Shown: positions 43,096 through 53,085 of the stretch, in pieces | Layout of the letters: every line of letters begins with the position of its first letter | Position numbering within the stretch: the first letter of the stretch is position 1 | Assembly: GCA_963701295.1 (NCBI GenBank) | Contig: OY969585.1 | Coordinates: 2,016,001-2,080,000 of the forward strand | From: Ignavibacteriota bacterium | Lineage (GTDB): Bacteria > Bacteroidota > Ignavibacteria > UBA10030 | Reading direction: 5' to 3' | DNA: 64,000 bases | Translations under genes and position numbers: made by a program | The notes under the pieces: generated by a model | Databases searched by the model: none | Seen by the model: only the letters and a program-made list of their open reading frames with translations | Told to the model about the DNA's origin: nothing

Positions 43096-43762
43096 TTATG
43101 ATGATGACTGGGAATGTCGTGGATTTTTAAGTCCTGTGTCTAATTTATTTTGCACTTCGCGCTTGACACGTGATGCAAGAAGATTTAAATATTTATTGAG
43201 AAACTTGTCGACTGTCACGCAATCTCGCTTGCTGAGTTCTCGGAGGGACCAGGAAAGCGCTTTGACTATCATGTCATCTCGGTCTTTGACAAGCAGGCGG
43301 CAAATCTTGAGTGTTCGAGGACTATCACCTGTACCTCCACGAGCTTGATTGTTCAATGGTACAGGTACTGACCAAGGCGGCGCGTCTCCACCAACGATTC
43401 TGGGAATGTGCCCAGCGACATACTACACTGTCTGGTATCTTTCTTTCACGCCAAGCTGGACCTGCAACATATGATGCAAAGCAATCAACTTCCGCCCAAC
43501 TGTTCATGCCGCGTCCAAGAATTGCGATATCAGTTGACCTCAAATCCTTTTGCGCCCCTCTATGATACAGGATGATCTCGTAAGCCATGATTCGTTCCCA
43601 GAAACCAAGGGGAACAAGATGCTTGGCCAGTACTATGATAGCTTTACCTGGTCTGTTCTGTAATCGCTTAGACCACTCGCGTCGCAGAATGCGAAATGAA
43701 GTTGCATTTTTCGTCTCGATTACAGTAAGGGAACGATGTATTTCAAATGCAATCTTCTTCAT
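43096..43762 (-). pseudogene. DNA alkylation repair (AlkD-like HEAT) protein, frameshifted near 43364
   Basis: NSWAEVDCF...WAHSQNRWWRRAALVST joins VPLNNQARGG...DMIVKALSWSLREL...VKREVQNKL in another frame. Confidence 0.8.
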
Positions 43763-43881
43763 ATTCTCATATGATGAATGTGCGGCTTAAGAGTACCGAT
43801 CCCAATAATTCGAAAACCGAGACGAATTGCTTGGCATTTTATATCTCCCGCTGTCTTTTAGCGGGATGCGAACGGCCAGAT

Positions 43882-44493
43882 TTATTTGGCGATAATAAAT
43901 ATTCCAACAATGATCATTACCAATCCGGCAACTTGATTCGTTCTTTTTTGCCATTTTCTGCTCATATTCATTTTCTTTGATAAACTTGCGATATAACAAT
44001 ATGTTCCTAATACACTAAACGATACTAACGCAATGAGCATCATCATTATGAGAATATCAAGAGACTTCACTTTATTAAAATCGATTATTGTAGGAAGCAC
44101 ACTTGCATAAAACAATATTGGTTTTGGATTACCTAACGTAACTAGTAAACCGCTCATAAACGTTTGAAATCTATTTTTGTTATTTTTTGCCTCAATATCT
44201 ATTCGAATCTGACCACTCTGATAGATTTTTATACCTAGATACATCAAGTATATTCCTCCTATAATCTTGATGAGTAAAAACATTCCTCCCCATATTTTTG
44301 CAATAGCGGCCAACCCAAATAAAGCCAAGAGAAGGAATATGATATCACCTGTCACCAAACCGCCAATAAGATAGAGCGATGCTTTAAATCCTTCAGAAAT
44401 TGCCTTAGCCATCGACGCCAATACTCCCGGACCGGGAGTTGCGGCAAGTATGATCATCCCAATTAAAAAAGCAACGAGTAAATTGATATTCAT
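43882..44493 (-). CDS. LysE family translocator
   Basis: ATPGPG, GGIYLMYLG, LGNPK. Confidence 0.92.
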   Translation of the reverse strand: MNINLLVAFLIGMIILAATPGPGVLASMAKAISEGFKASLYLIGGLVTGDIIFLLLALFGLAAIAKIWGGMFLLIKIIGGIYLMYLGIKIYQSGQIRIDIEAKNNKNRFQTFMSGLLVTLGNPKPILFYASVLPTIIDFNKVKSLDILIMMMLIALVSFSVLGTYCYIASLSKKMNMSRKWQKRTNQVAGLVMIIVGIFIIAK

Positions 44494-44699
44494 AATTTCC
44501 TAAAATCTTCCGTCTCCGATGGATTGAGAATAGTATTTCTTTTTTTTAAGTAGGATGCTATCGCCGCTATAACAAAGAGAACTCCCGTGATTATATTTCC
44601 ATAAAATATATAATGCCTATCATCATAATGTTGTATACCAACAAACAGAAAACAAATGGCGGCAAGTAAAAGAAGAACACTACGTTTGTTTTTATTCAT
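44490..44699 (-). CDS. Small hypothetical membrane protein
   Basis: Two TM segments; AAAAAGGAA RBS. Confidence 0.6.
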   Translation of the reverse strand: MNKNKRSVLLLLAAICFLFVGIQHYDDRHYIFYGNIITGVLFVIAAIASYLKKRNTILNPSETEDFRKL

Positions 44700-44768
44700 A
44701 AAATCATTCCTTTTTCTATTTTAAAACATTATTCCTATTTGTACTGCACGAATCGAGTTTCATGTTAG

Positions 44769-45266
44769 TTACGTTACGCTTTCAGGACGGCCATGTCTGA
44801 AGAGTTTGATCACTCCGACAAGATGGATGAATCCTATACAAAGCGCTATCGTAGAAAAAACAAAAAAATGCATGAAGTGTTGCTGGGGATGTCTAAGGAT
44901 GAATATGAAATCAGGAAGAACCTTCAATCCTCGAAGAATGTATATTGTTGTGACAATAACCAACACATTCCTCATTAAAGGCAGGCGGCGAAACTTGCCC
45001 GCTCCAAATAAAGCATAGAAACCACCTAATGCAATCATGGCCCCGACGATTAGACATACCAAAGTATAATAAGCCGGATGTTCAGCCTGGAGTTTGACAG
45101 GTCCGCCAAAATAGGCTAGGAGTTCTTGGGATAAGAAAATTGCACTGACTTGATATATCGCAAATGCCAATGAGAATAGACCTCTAATTTGTAAATGTAT
45201 ATTGTCCTTTACACTCGACAACCTGCTATCTATTGAGGATTGGTTGAGTGAGCTTGGATGATCCAT
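44769..45266 (-). CDS. Hypothetical membrane protein
   Basis: Four TM segments; YFGGP, YALFGAG..RRLP, IYILRG. Confidence 0.7.
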   Translation of the reverse strand: MDHPSSLNQSSIDSRLSSVKDNIHLQIRGLFSLAFAIYQVSAIFLSQELLAYFGGPVKLQAEHPAYYTLVCLIVGAMIALGGFYALFGAGKFRRLPLMRNVLVIVTTIYILRGLKVLPDFIFILRHPQQHFMHFFVFSTIALCIGFIHLVGVIKLFRHGRPESVT

Positions 45267-45326
45267 TTTATATCTGATCCTTTTTTAAGTATGAACTCTA
45301 TCTGACGGATGGTCGATCGGTGTGGA

Positions 45327-45980
45327 TTATAGGCAGCGTGCTGATTCTGCTAGCTCCGCCGGAAGAGCCCGAATGTTTCCCAGTACCTTGTGGGCTCCTA
45401 GAAATAGTCCTGATCGCGTTAGTCTATTAGGAATTATAATGCATTTTAGTCCGGCAGCCGTCGCTGATGCCAATCCTCTCTCAGAGTCTTCTACAGCGAC
45501 GCACTCTTCTTTTTTAAATCCCGTTCTTTGGACTGCAGCCAAGTATGGTTCAGGATCTGGTTTGAATTTACTGTACTCTTCGCATGTGAGAACAAAGGCG
45601 AAGTATTTCATCAATCCGGTGTTATGGTGTACCAAATCAAAGTGTGCTCGCTGCGAGCTAGTGACCACTCCCATTAAATACTTGCCGTACAAAACGTTTA
45701 AAACCTCCTCCACACCATCAATGACTTTTGCTTGACTGCTCAGCAATTTGAGATATTGCGCATCACGTTGGTTGCGTAGTTGAATCACATCCTCTGGAGA
45801 TATTCTTTTCGCCTCGGCGAGATGCCAAGCACCTCTCCCTTGAACCAAGAGCAGGTCAACGTACATCTCTTGACTCAGAGTGATTCCTACGGACGCCAGG
45901 ATTTGTTGCGTGGCAAGGAAATAAAGATGTTCTGTATCAACCAGGACACCATCATTGTCCCAAAGGATCGCTTTAATCAT
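45327..45980 (-). CDS. HAD-superfamily phosphatase (beta-PGM/CbbY-like)
   Basis: WDNDGVLVDTE, KPDPEPY, VEDSERG. Confidence 0.93.
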   Translation of the reverse strand: MIKAILWDNDGVLVDTEHLYFLATQQILASVGITLSQEMYVDLLLVQGRGAWHLAEAKRISPEDVIQLRNQRDAQYLKLLSSQAKVIDGVEEVLNVLYGKYLMGVVTSSQRAHFDLVHHNTGLMKYFAFVLTCEEYSKFKPDPEPYLAAVQRTGFKKEECVAVEDSERGLASATAAGLKCIIIPNRLTRSGLFLGAHKVLGNIRALPAELAESARCL

Positions 45981-46120
45981 TATTCTTTGATAGTGCTCAA
46001 TTCAGTAATGCTTAATAAAGCCGTATGACGGATTGCCGTTCCGCTAAACAACAGTCAAACAACTAAGCTTGTCCTCATATGTTTTTGTTGGGGACTATGG
46101 CTACAAAACTTTTCAATGTA

Positions 46121-46582
46121 CTATATAGAGTGCTGCCAGCTCACAGTGATATGACCGACTCCAAGGAATATCGCTGACACCATCAACCATCCAGAACCAA
46201 GAAGGATGGATGCAAAAATAAAGTAGATGACGGGCGTGACCGCCATAGGCAAAGGTATCCCAAACATCGATCTTTAGAACAATCCCTCATTGCGACCTTG
46301 AACAAGGTATCGTATCCATCCTGCATAATACAAGACCAGTGCACCAATCATGATCGAAAGTACTCCTACATCCAAAATAGTTAAATAATTCAATCGATAA
46401 AAGAAGGGAATGGCAAATGATCCGATCTGACCAACTCGTTCGAAAACAGTCATGACTTTAACCAGTCTATTGTTGCGTTCAGGAATATTCGCCAGTCTGG
46501 AAATCGGCGGATACAACACTGCCAAGAGATTCGGCAAAAGAACCGCAAGTGATATAATCCCACCGAGAGGAATTGTATCCAT
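46121..46582 (-). pseudogene. Membrane protein gene with an in-frame TAA at 46274-46276
   Basis: After NEGLF* the same frame continues RSMFGIPLPMAVTPVIYF...GHITVSWQHSI*. Confidence 0.65.
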
Positions 46583-46721
46583 AATTCTGTTCAGCCTTTC
46601 ACAATCATATCGCTTACACGTGACGGATGGTTTACCCGCCAAGCTTCGTAGCGGGTCGCTCTACGAAATGCATTCTTCTAGATAAAACCGAGCTTGAGTT
46701 GCTCGTTAGCCCGTTGTGAGA

Positions 46722-47234
46722 TTAATCTGGAATGATTTCTTCTTTTAGAAATTCGATGATTTTGTTTTTATTCAGTACCTCTGCGTCAGATTTGTTAGCT
46801 TCGCTTCTTTGGATATTTAAAAGTACAGCGTGCAAGTATTCAAAATCTTCCCAGAGCGTATTGTCATTCTCTTCACGACGTTTACGTTTTATATGTTCTA
46901 TGCCAGATGACCAGTAACCTTGAACCCATCCATAGAAAGTATGCCAAACTATTTTTTTATTCAGGGTTTTCTTGCGAACAAGGTATCCGACAGTTTCAAA
47001 GAAATCAAAAATATCTTCCGCATCTAAATATTGTTTTTTCTTTAGAATTGAGGTGGCCGCTTTGATCCGTTTTCTCTTAAAATGTTCGCCGTTAAACTTG
47101 TCATCAAATTTAAGGACTAATTCTAGATTCAGAGAAAATCTTGAACGTCGAATCTGATAAATGAGTCCACAGATAGCTGCAATAACACCAAGAATTTGTG
47201 CAATGTTTAAGATCAATTTGAAGTCGACACACAT
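46722..47234 (-). CDS. Hypothetical protein, N-terminal TM plus helical domain (DUF4760-like)
   Basis: AT-rich; FFETVGYLV...LWEDFEYL. Confidence 0.7.
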   Translation of the reverse strand: MCVDFKLILNIAQILGVIAAICGLIYQIRRSRFSLNLELVLKFDDKFNGEHFKRKRIKAATSILKKKQYLDAEDIFDFFETVGYLVRKKTLNKKIVWHTFYGWVQGYWSSGIEHIKRKRREENDNTLWEDFEYLHAVLLNIQRSEANKSDAEVLNKNKIIEFLKEEIIPD

Positions 47235-47365
47235 TCTATTATTCTAGCAATTCCTCTACAAACATTTCTTGTTGAGTTATCTCTATTGTGTGCTTGAGGA
47301 TTAGCAATTTGTAATATACTATATATGACTTCTGCTGTCAACAATGCTCGAGAGTGTACAAAAAC

Positions 47366-47396
47366 AAAAAAAGCCGAACCAACAATGATCCGGCTT
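47366..47396 (-). terminator. Intrinsic terminator after the xylanase gene
   Basis: Minus strand AAGCCGGATC...GGTTCGGCTT followed by a T run. Confidence 0.75.
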
Positions 47397-47421
47397 CTCT
47401 ATTTTACATTCTGGCTTTATA

Positions 47422-48555
47422 TTACTTCTTTGCTTCTGCAGTTTTCAGTACTGCAAAAAATGCCGGCTTGGGCTGATAGTTACGGTCAAATAATAGAGGG
47501 TAGCTCGTGCGTCCTCTGACGGGCCAATTATTCAACCAGGATGTTTTGTCGTACACACCCCAAAAAGTAATGCGTCCGATTTTTCCGGGGTGTGCTAGCA
47601 GCATTGAGAATAGTTCAGCATAACGATCGGCGAGTTTTTTCTGAACCTTAACCGGCAAACCATCAACATAGGGATTCAGCTCTTTCTGTAAGTCTGCACC
47701 AACGTTAATGTCTGCACCCATATAGTTATCTCCTCTGGGTAGGATATCGATGTCTAATTCAGTCACCATTACCTTAACGCCGCATGCCGCAATTGAATCT
47801 ATGAATGCATCGAGGTTTTCTTTTGTTGGATAATCTATTCCCCAATGTCCCTGAATTCCAACGCCATCAATGCGGAGACCCTTGGACTGAAGTTTCCTTA
47901 CTAGACGTACGACTGCATCACGCTTGGCAGGTTTATCGAGAGAAAAATCATTGTAATATAATTCTGCATTAGGATCGGCTTCATGAGCATATTCAAACGC
48001 CTTGCTGATATAATCCTCGCCGATAGTTTCCATCCATTTGGTTTTTTGAAATCCGCCTTCATCGCTAAGCGCTTCGTTGACGACATCCCAGCCACGCACT
48101 TTGCCTTTGTATCTGCCGACAACAGAAAAAATGTGTTCTTTCATTCGGGTAAGCATCACATCGCGGGCTAAGAGTTTTTTGGAGCTGTCCACAAATGCCC
48201 ATTCAGGAATCTGGCTCTGCCAGACGAGTGTATGTCCGATAATAAACATTTTATTTTTCTGTCCGAACTCTATGAAACGATCCGCCGCTTCGAAGTCAAA
48301 TTTGTTCGGCTGAGGGTGGATGAGCGCCCATTTCATAACATTCTCAGCGGTAACGGAGTTGTAGTGTTTTACTACGATGGATGCAGCTTTAGGGTCGTTC
48401 CCGGAGACGGCATCGTCATTCAGAGCCGCACCGATCAAAAAATGTTTTTTAAAAGCATCTTTAAGTGCGGGCTGATCGGTTTCTGCGGCATAATATGCAG
48501 CACCGATAAATGCAACAACCATACAGAGTACAACGAAAAGTTGAATATTTTTCAT
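47422..48555 (-). CDS. GH10 endo-1,4-beta-xylanase
   Basis: TAENVMKW, GHTLVW, WDVVNE, GIQGH, VTELDI. Confidence 0.95.
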   Translation of the reverse strand: MKNIQLFVVLCMVVAFIGAAYYAAETDQPALKDAFKKHFLIGAALNDDAVSGNDPKAASIVVKHYNSVTAENVMKWALIHPQPNKFDFEAADRFIEFGQKNKMFIIGHTLVWQSQIPEWAFVDSSKKLLARDVMLTRMKEHIFSVVGRYKGKVRGWDVVNEALSDEGGFQKTKWMETIGEDYISKAFEYAHEADPNAELYYNDFSLDKPAKRDAVVRLVRKLQSKGLRIDGVGIQGHWGIDYPTKENLDAFIDSIAACGVKVMVTELDIDILPRGDNYMGADINVGADLQKELNPYVDGLPVKVQKKLADRYAELFSMLLAHPGKIGRITFWGVYDKTSWLNNWPVRGRTSYPLLFDRNYQPKPAFFAVLKTAEAKK

Positions 48556-48590
48556 AATAAGCTCCTTCCATTATTTATTTTTTAAAATCT

Positions 48591-50732
48591 CTACGGCGAA
48601 GTATGAATCGGCTTCTTACTAAATTTCTGGAAATACTGGAGGCATGTATCCCGCCAAATTGCTGCGTCAGTTTTCTGCTTTTCTAATTTTGTTTTTACAT
48701 GCAAATAAATTTCAGGATCGATGGATGGTTCAAGAGACGACCATTTTCCTATCATCTCATGAACATAATCAGTTCCAGAGTAATATTTTTGACAAAGTAC
48801 ATCCCAAAGAGTATTGCCGGATTTCATTTTGTAATCCCATGCGACATGATGAAACCAGAGCAGATATTTTTCCGGGCATGTATTGACATCGTTAAATGTT
48901 TCCCGCAAAGACGAGAAATATTGACTTACGGCATCACTTCCTGTTGAACTGCGGTCGTAACCAAGTCCGACACTATCAGCGCGATGATAATAAATTGATG
49001 TCCAATCTTCTCTGCCTTGGTTATTGTCGGGCATCGGTCCATAATGAAAATCTACCTGCATAATGTGGTGTAATCCCAACGGAGTCATATAATTAATACA
49101 AGCTTCCCAAGAACCCATCATAATCGAGCTAACAGCCTTTACGGTGGAGGAGTCATTGCTCAAAGACATTTTAATCCAATCATCAGCAATTTGTTCTGCA
49201 TCGAGTGAGTAATTCCAGGCGAGTCGGCCGTAGGCGAACCAGTTAGCTTGAGCGAAGAAATGTCCGCACCAGTTCCGGTCGTTTCCTATATTTGTTACAC
49301 CTGTAATGCCGCTCATTTGATATTGCTCCAAAGATCCATCCACAATTGATGCAAGTGTCGAACCCTGTCCTCTTGCGTATGTATCGAACTGAAAATATTC
49401 TTTCCACATCGGAGCAAGATACACGAGATGAGTTGAATGGCCTAGATACTCTTGGGTTAACTGAAGTTCGAGCATCAAAGGGGTCTTAGGCATAGAACCG
49501 AACAGCGGCTGGACTGGTTCGCGGGGTTGAAAATCAATCGGGCCGTTCTTTGCTTGAACAAAAACATTTGAGAGGAACTGTCCATCAAGAGGAACAAATT
49601 CTTTATATGCACGTTTTGCACGATCAGGATCGACATCTGCATCATAGACAAATGCACGCCACATCACAATGCCATGGTACGGTTTAAGCGCTTCAGCCAG
49701 CATATTGGCACCGTCTGCATGCGTTCTCTTGTAATCCTGCGGACCGGGCATTCCTTCTGAATTTGCTTTAACAAGAAAACCGCCGAAATCTGGAATGAAT
49801 TTGTAAATCTCTCTCACTTTATTTTTCCACCAAAGTCTCACTTCGGGATTAAGCGGGTCGGAAGTTTCAAGATTCCCGATTCCGCATCTTCGGTTTTGCT
49901 CAAATGCAAATTGAGCCGAAACAGGCGATGAAAAATTCGCAGAAAGGAAAACACGAATTCCGTACGGGCGGAAGATGTCTGCTAACTTTGCAACTTTTTT
50001 GAGATATTCCGGTTTGAATATGTTCGGGTTTGCATTTACATTGTTTAAAACCGTACCGTTGATACCGATGGAAGCATTTGCTCGGGCATAATCATAATAG
50101 CGGTCATCGATTTTATCCGGCAGATCATCCCATTTCCAAAGAGATTTACCAGCGTAACCGCGTTCAATGGAACCATCGAGATTATCCCAGTGATCTAGAA
50201 GGCGGTACTGTATTTTTGGACGGGAGACGATATCAATGTTCTCAAGCTGTTGATGAGTTTGGATGAGACGTAATAAATGAAACGTACCGTAGAGAAGGCC
50301 GATGTCTTTTTGAGCCGCAATCGCAATACACATCTTGCCGTTTATTCTTGTCGATTTGATAAGGTAACCCTCTTGTCCTAATTTATTCAGTTGTTCTGTA
50401 ATCTGCATTTTTTTGATAGATGCAGAACTGAGAGGCGTGCCGATAAGAAGAGTGCCGGTCTTTATTGCCTGTTCAAAGGCAAGAGGTTTATCCAGTAATT
50501 GAGGAAGACTATTCTTCAATTCATCCTGTATAATGCGGCAAGTTTTTGAAGTGCCTGTGACAGCAACAGAGGAAATTATCTGATGGTATTTTCGTAACAA
50601 ACCTCTGTCATCAATTTTTTGATACTTGAGCCATAGTCGATAGCCGTCATCGGCAGATGCTGAACTGCTGAGAGCATACAGTGTAATGCAGACAAAAAGA
50701 AGGATACCCTTGCACACGGATACAAGCTTCAT
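48591..50732 (-). CDS. GH67 alpha-glucuronidase
   Basis: DGYRLWL, HWDNLDGSIERGYAG, VKANSEGMPGP, KNGPIDFQPREP. Confidence 0.95.
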   Translation of the reverse strand: MKLVSVCKGILLFVCITLYALSSSASADDGYRLWLKYQKIDDRGLLRKYHQIISSVAVTGTSKTCRIIQDELKNSLPQLLDKPLAFEQAIKTGTLLIGTPLSSASIKKMQITEQLNKLGQEGYLIKSTRINGKMCIAIAAQKDIGLLYGTFHLLRLIQTHQQLENIDIVSRPKIQYRLLDHWDNLDGSIERGYAGKSLWKWDDLPDKIDDRYYDYARANASIGINGTVLNNVNANPNIFKPEYLKKVAKLADIFRPYGIRVFLSANFSSPVSAQFAFEQNRRCGIGNLETSDPLNPEVRLWWKNKVREIYKFIPDFGGFLVKANSEGMPGPQDYKRTHADGANMLAEALKPYHGIVMWRAFVYDADVDPDRAKRAYKEFVPLDGQFLSNVFVQAKNGPIDFQPREPVQPLFGSMPKTPLMLELQLTQEYLGHSTHLVYLAPMWKEYFQFDTYARGQGSTLASIVDGSLEQYQMSGITGVTNIGNDRNWCGHFFAQANWFAYGRLAWNYSLDAEQIADDWIKMSLSNDSSTVKAVSSIMMGSWEACINYMTPLGLHHIMQVDFHYGPMPDNNQGREDWTSIYYHRADSVGLGYDRSSTGSDAVSQYFSSLRETFNDVNTCPEKYLLWFHHVAWDYKMKSGNTLWDVLCQKYYSGTDYVHEMIGKWSSLEPSIDPEIYLHVKTKLEKQKTDAAIWRDTCLQYFQKFSKKPIHTSP

Positions 50733-50839
50733 ATATGATCACTATAGGTGTAATAGCGTAATGAAATGGAATTTCATAGCTAAAAGAATATTTGGAGATA
50801 AAAGTACAATGGGAAGAGTTTTTGATGAAAATGAAATTG

Positions 50840-50926
50840 CGGAGAGAGTGGGATTCGAACCCACGGTACCCTTACGGATACACTACCTTTCCAGGGTAGC
50901 CAATTCAACCACTCTTGCATCTCTCC
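50840..50926 (-). tRNA. tRNA-Ser(GGA)
   Basis: GGAGAGA/TCTCTCC acceptor; CTACC-CT-GGA-AA-GGTAG; long variable arm; GGTTCGAATCC. Confidence 0.96.
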
Positions 50927-51090
50927 AAAAGTGCTACTTAGAAAATATGATAGGAAAAGATTGATGGAAAAGCAATGAGGAGTATAGGGACAATTCTTTA
51001 CAGATTTTATCTAAATTGGTTTTTTAAAAGCAGTTTGGAAAAATATGCCTGCTTAACGAAATTCTGTGTTTTTTTTTGTATAATAGAGTT

Positions 51091-51147
51091 TGGCGAAAGA
51101 GGAGGATTCTGCGCTAGTGGCGCATGAGCCTTCGGCTCAGAACCCTC
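51091..51147 (-). repeat. Duplicated tRNA 3' half with 30-nt double-hairpin T-loop insert (copy 2; insert 51110-51139)
   Basis: Minus strand GAGGGTTC-[TGAGCCGAAGGCTCA TGCGCCACTAGCGCA]-GAATCCTCCTCTTTCGCCA versus the tRNA-Ser 3' end GAGGGTTCGAATCCCTCCCCTTCCGCA. Confidence 0.85.
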
Positions 51148-51416
51148 AATGATCATCTGTTATAGAATTAGGAATTTTCATATTCTCATTGAGCCATTTT
51201 CGAACAACACCAGATTTGAGGAATAACTCACGCTTCCTTGCCTTACCTAAGAGTCGGATAGAATTCAGAATGAATAAGGATCCAAGGAATCCCTTTTGAT
51301 GTGAATGGAGTTTTCCCCCAGTTGTGTGCCATAAGACGATCTTCAGGATTTTTTTCGGCTGAGTCAACATAGCGTTTGTGCAGTTTGAAACTCCATAGCA
51401 CATAGATCCAGAACAT
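51146..51416 (-). pseudogene. Small GIY-YIG nuclease gene, frameshifted near 51246
   Basis: MFWIYVLWS..HKRYVDS...RLMAHNWG..FT..GIPW.LI..E, then (frameshift) ARKRELFLKSG..RKWL. Confidence 0.85.
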
Positions 51417-51454
51417 AGTTTGTGCTAGATTGTATTGGTTTTGAGGAGGTGCTG

Positions 51455-51541
51455 CGGAAGGGGAGGGATTCGAACCCTCGATAGCCTTGCGGCTATTCCG
51501 GTTTTCGAGACCGGTCGATTCAACCACTCTCGCACCCTTCC
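51455..51541 (-). tRNA. tRNA-Ser(CGA)
   Basis: GGAAGGG/CCCTTCC acceptor; CCGGT-CT-CGA-AA-ACCGG; variable arm ATAGCC-GCAA-GGCTAT. Confidence 0.96.
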
Positions 51542-51670
51542 AAGGTTGGTCTCTGCGATTCAAATATACGGAAAAGGCCAAAGAATTCAAAGATGTGCTG
51601 ATGAAACCTTCTCGGATGATGTTATGTTCTTATCTTTGAACTCACATAAAAAATGGAGGAGATCAATACA

Positions 51671-52135
51671 ATGGCAATTCAAGTTGGGAATAAAGCACCA
51701 GAATTTACTTTGTTCGATACAGAGAAAAAATCTCGCTCACTTTCTGAGTTCCGTGGAAAGAAAGTTATGCTCGCATTCTATCCTGGTGCGTTCACTGGAG
51801 TATGTACGAAAGAAATGTGCACATTCCGCGATACAATGGCAAAATTTAGTGAATTCAATGTGCAGGTTCTTGGCATTAGTGTAGATGCGCCGTTTGCAAA
51901 TAAAGTATTTGCTACGCAGAATAGCCTGCAATTTCCGCTCTTGAGCGATTATTCTCGTGAAGTGATTAAGCAGTATTGCGGTGTGCACGAGGATTTCGCT
52001 GGACTGAAGGGCTACATTACTTCGAAGCGTGCAGTGTTTATCGTCGATGAGAATGGCATTGTGAAGTATGCGTGGATATCGGAAAATCCCGGTGTGGAGC
52101 CGGAGTACGATGCAATCTCCGAGGCACTGAAATAG
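51671..52135 (+). CDS. Peroxiredoxin (BCP/PrxQ-like)
   Basis: FYPGAFTGVCTKEMC; GGAGG RBS. Confidence 0.92.
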   Translation: MAIQVGNKAPEFTLFDTEKKSRSLSEFRGKKVMLAFYPGAFTGVCTKEMCTFRDTMAKFSEFNVQVLGISVDAPFANKVFATQNSLQFPLLSDYSREVIKQYCGVHEDFAGLKGYITSKRAVFIVDENGIVKYAWISENPGVEPEYDAISEALK

Positions 52136-52200
52136 CGACCAGCTAGAATCTCTTTTGAATTTCAATGAGATTATTCATATTCTATATCTAAGGACTATCT

Positions 52201-52665
52201 ATGCTTAAAATTGGCAAGAAAGCGCCTGACTTCAATTTGTTATCAGGCGATGGGAAGAAGTACAGATTGAAAGATTTTTCAGGCAAAAAATTAGTGCTCT
52301 ATTTTTATCCGAGGGACAATACATCTGGCTGTACAGAAGAAGCTCGTTCTTTTGAAAACAAGCGAGGGGTAATGAAAAAGAAAGGTGCAATTGTCGTTGG
52401 AGTGAGTACGGACAGCGCAGATTCGCATGCAAAGTTTGCTAGTAAATATGGATTGACATTTCCACTCCTAAGCGACGAGAAAAAGAGTGTTATTAAGGTA
52501 TACGGTATATGGAAAGAGAAATCGATGTACGGCAAAAAGTACTTCGGTGTGGAGCGCACCACGGTTGTGATTGATGAAAAAGGAATTATCCGGCATATCT
52601 TTCATCGTGTCAAAGTGAAAGGTCATGCTGATGAGGTTTTGGACATTCTGAAAAAGGAAAAGTGA
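52201..52665 (+). CDS. bcp: Thioredoxin-dependent thiol peroxidase BCP
   Basis: YFYPRDNTSGCTEEA, KSMYGKKYFGVERTT. Confidence 0.92.
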   Translation: MLKIGKKAPDFNLLSGDGKKYRLKDFSGKKLVLYFYPRDNTSGCTEEARSFENKRGVMKKKGAIVVGVSTDSADSHAKFASKYGLTFPLLSDEKKSVIKVYGIWKEKSMYGKKYFGVERTTVVIDEKGIIRHIFHRVKVKGHADEVLDILKKEK

Positions 52666-52668
52666 CTC

Positions 52669-53085
52669 ATGCCGAAGATGTATATAACACGGAGGGAAGT
52701 ATTCAGCGCTTCACATCGGCTTTGGAATTCCGGCCTCTCAGAAGAAAAGAACATCGAATTGTTTGATAAATGTGCCAATCCAAACGGACATGGCCATAAT
52801 TTTGTTCTTGAAGTTACAGTTGTTGGTGATCTTAAAAACGAATCGGGATATGTCATAGATCTCAAGACACTCAAAAACATTATCCGAGAAGAAATTGTTT
52901 CAAAAGTCGATCATAAGCATCTGAACTATGATGTCGATTTTCTGAAAGATAAGATTCCTACTGCAGAAAACATCGTACGTGCATTCTGGCAAGTGCTGGA
53001 AACGAAAATCACTCATGCAAAGCTCTCTGCAATCCGTCTCCATGAAACAGAGAATAATATAGTAGAATATCGAGGTGAAGAATGA
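52669..53085 (+). CDS. 6-pyruvoyl-tetrahydropterin synthase family protein (PTPS-II-type motif)
   Basis: [34 protein letters not shown]. Confidence 0.9.
   Translation: MPKMYITRREVFSASHRLWNSGLSEEKNIELFDKCANPNGHGHNFVLEVTVVGDLKNESGYVIDLKTLKNIIREEIVSKVDHKHLNYDVDFLKDKIPTAENIVRAFWQVLETKITHAKLSAIRLHETENNIVEYRGEE

Noticed and set aside
46274-46276. Recoded stop (selenocysteine or pyrrolysine)
   Set aside because: The codon is TAA, which neither system uses
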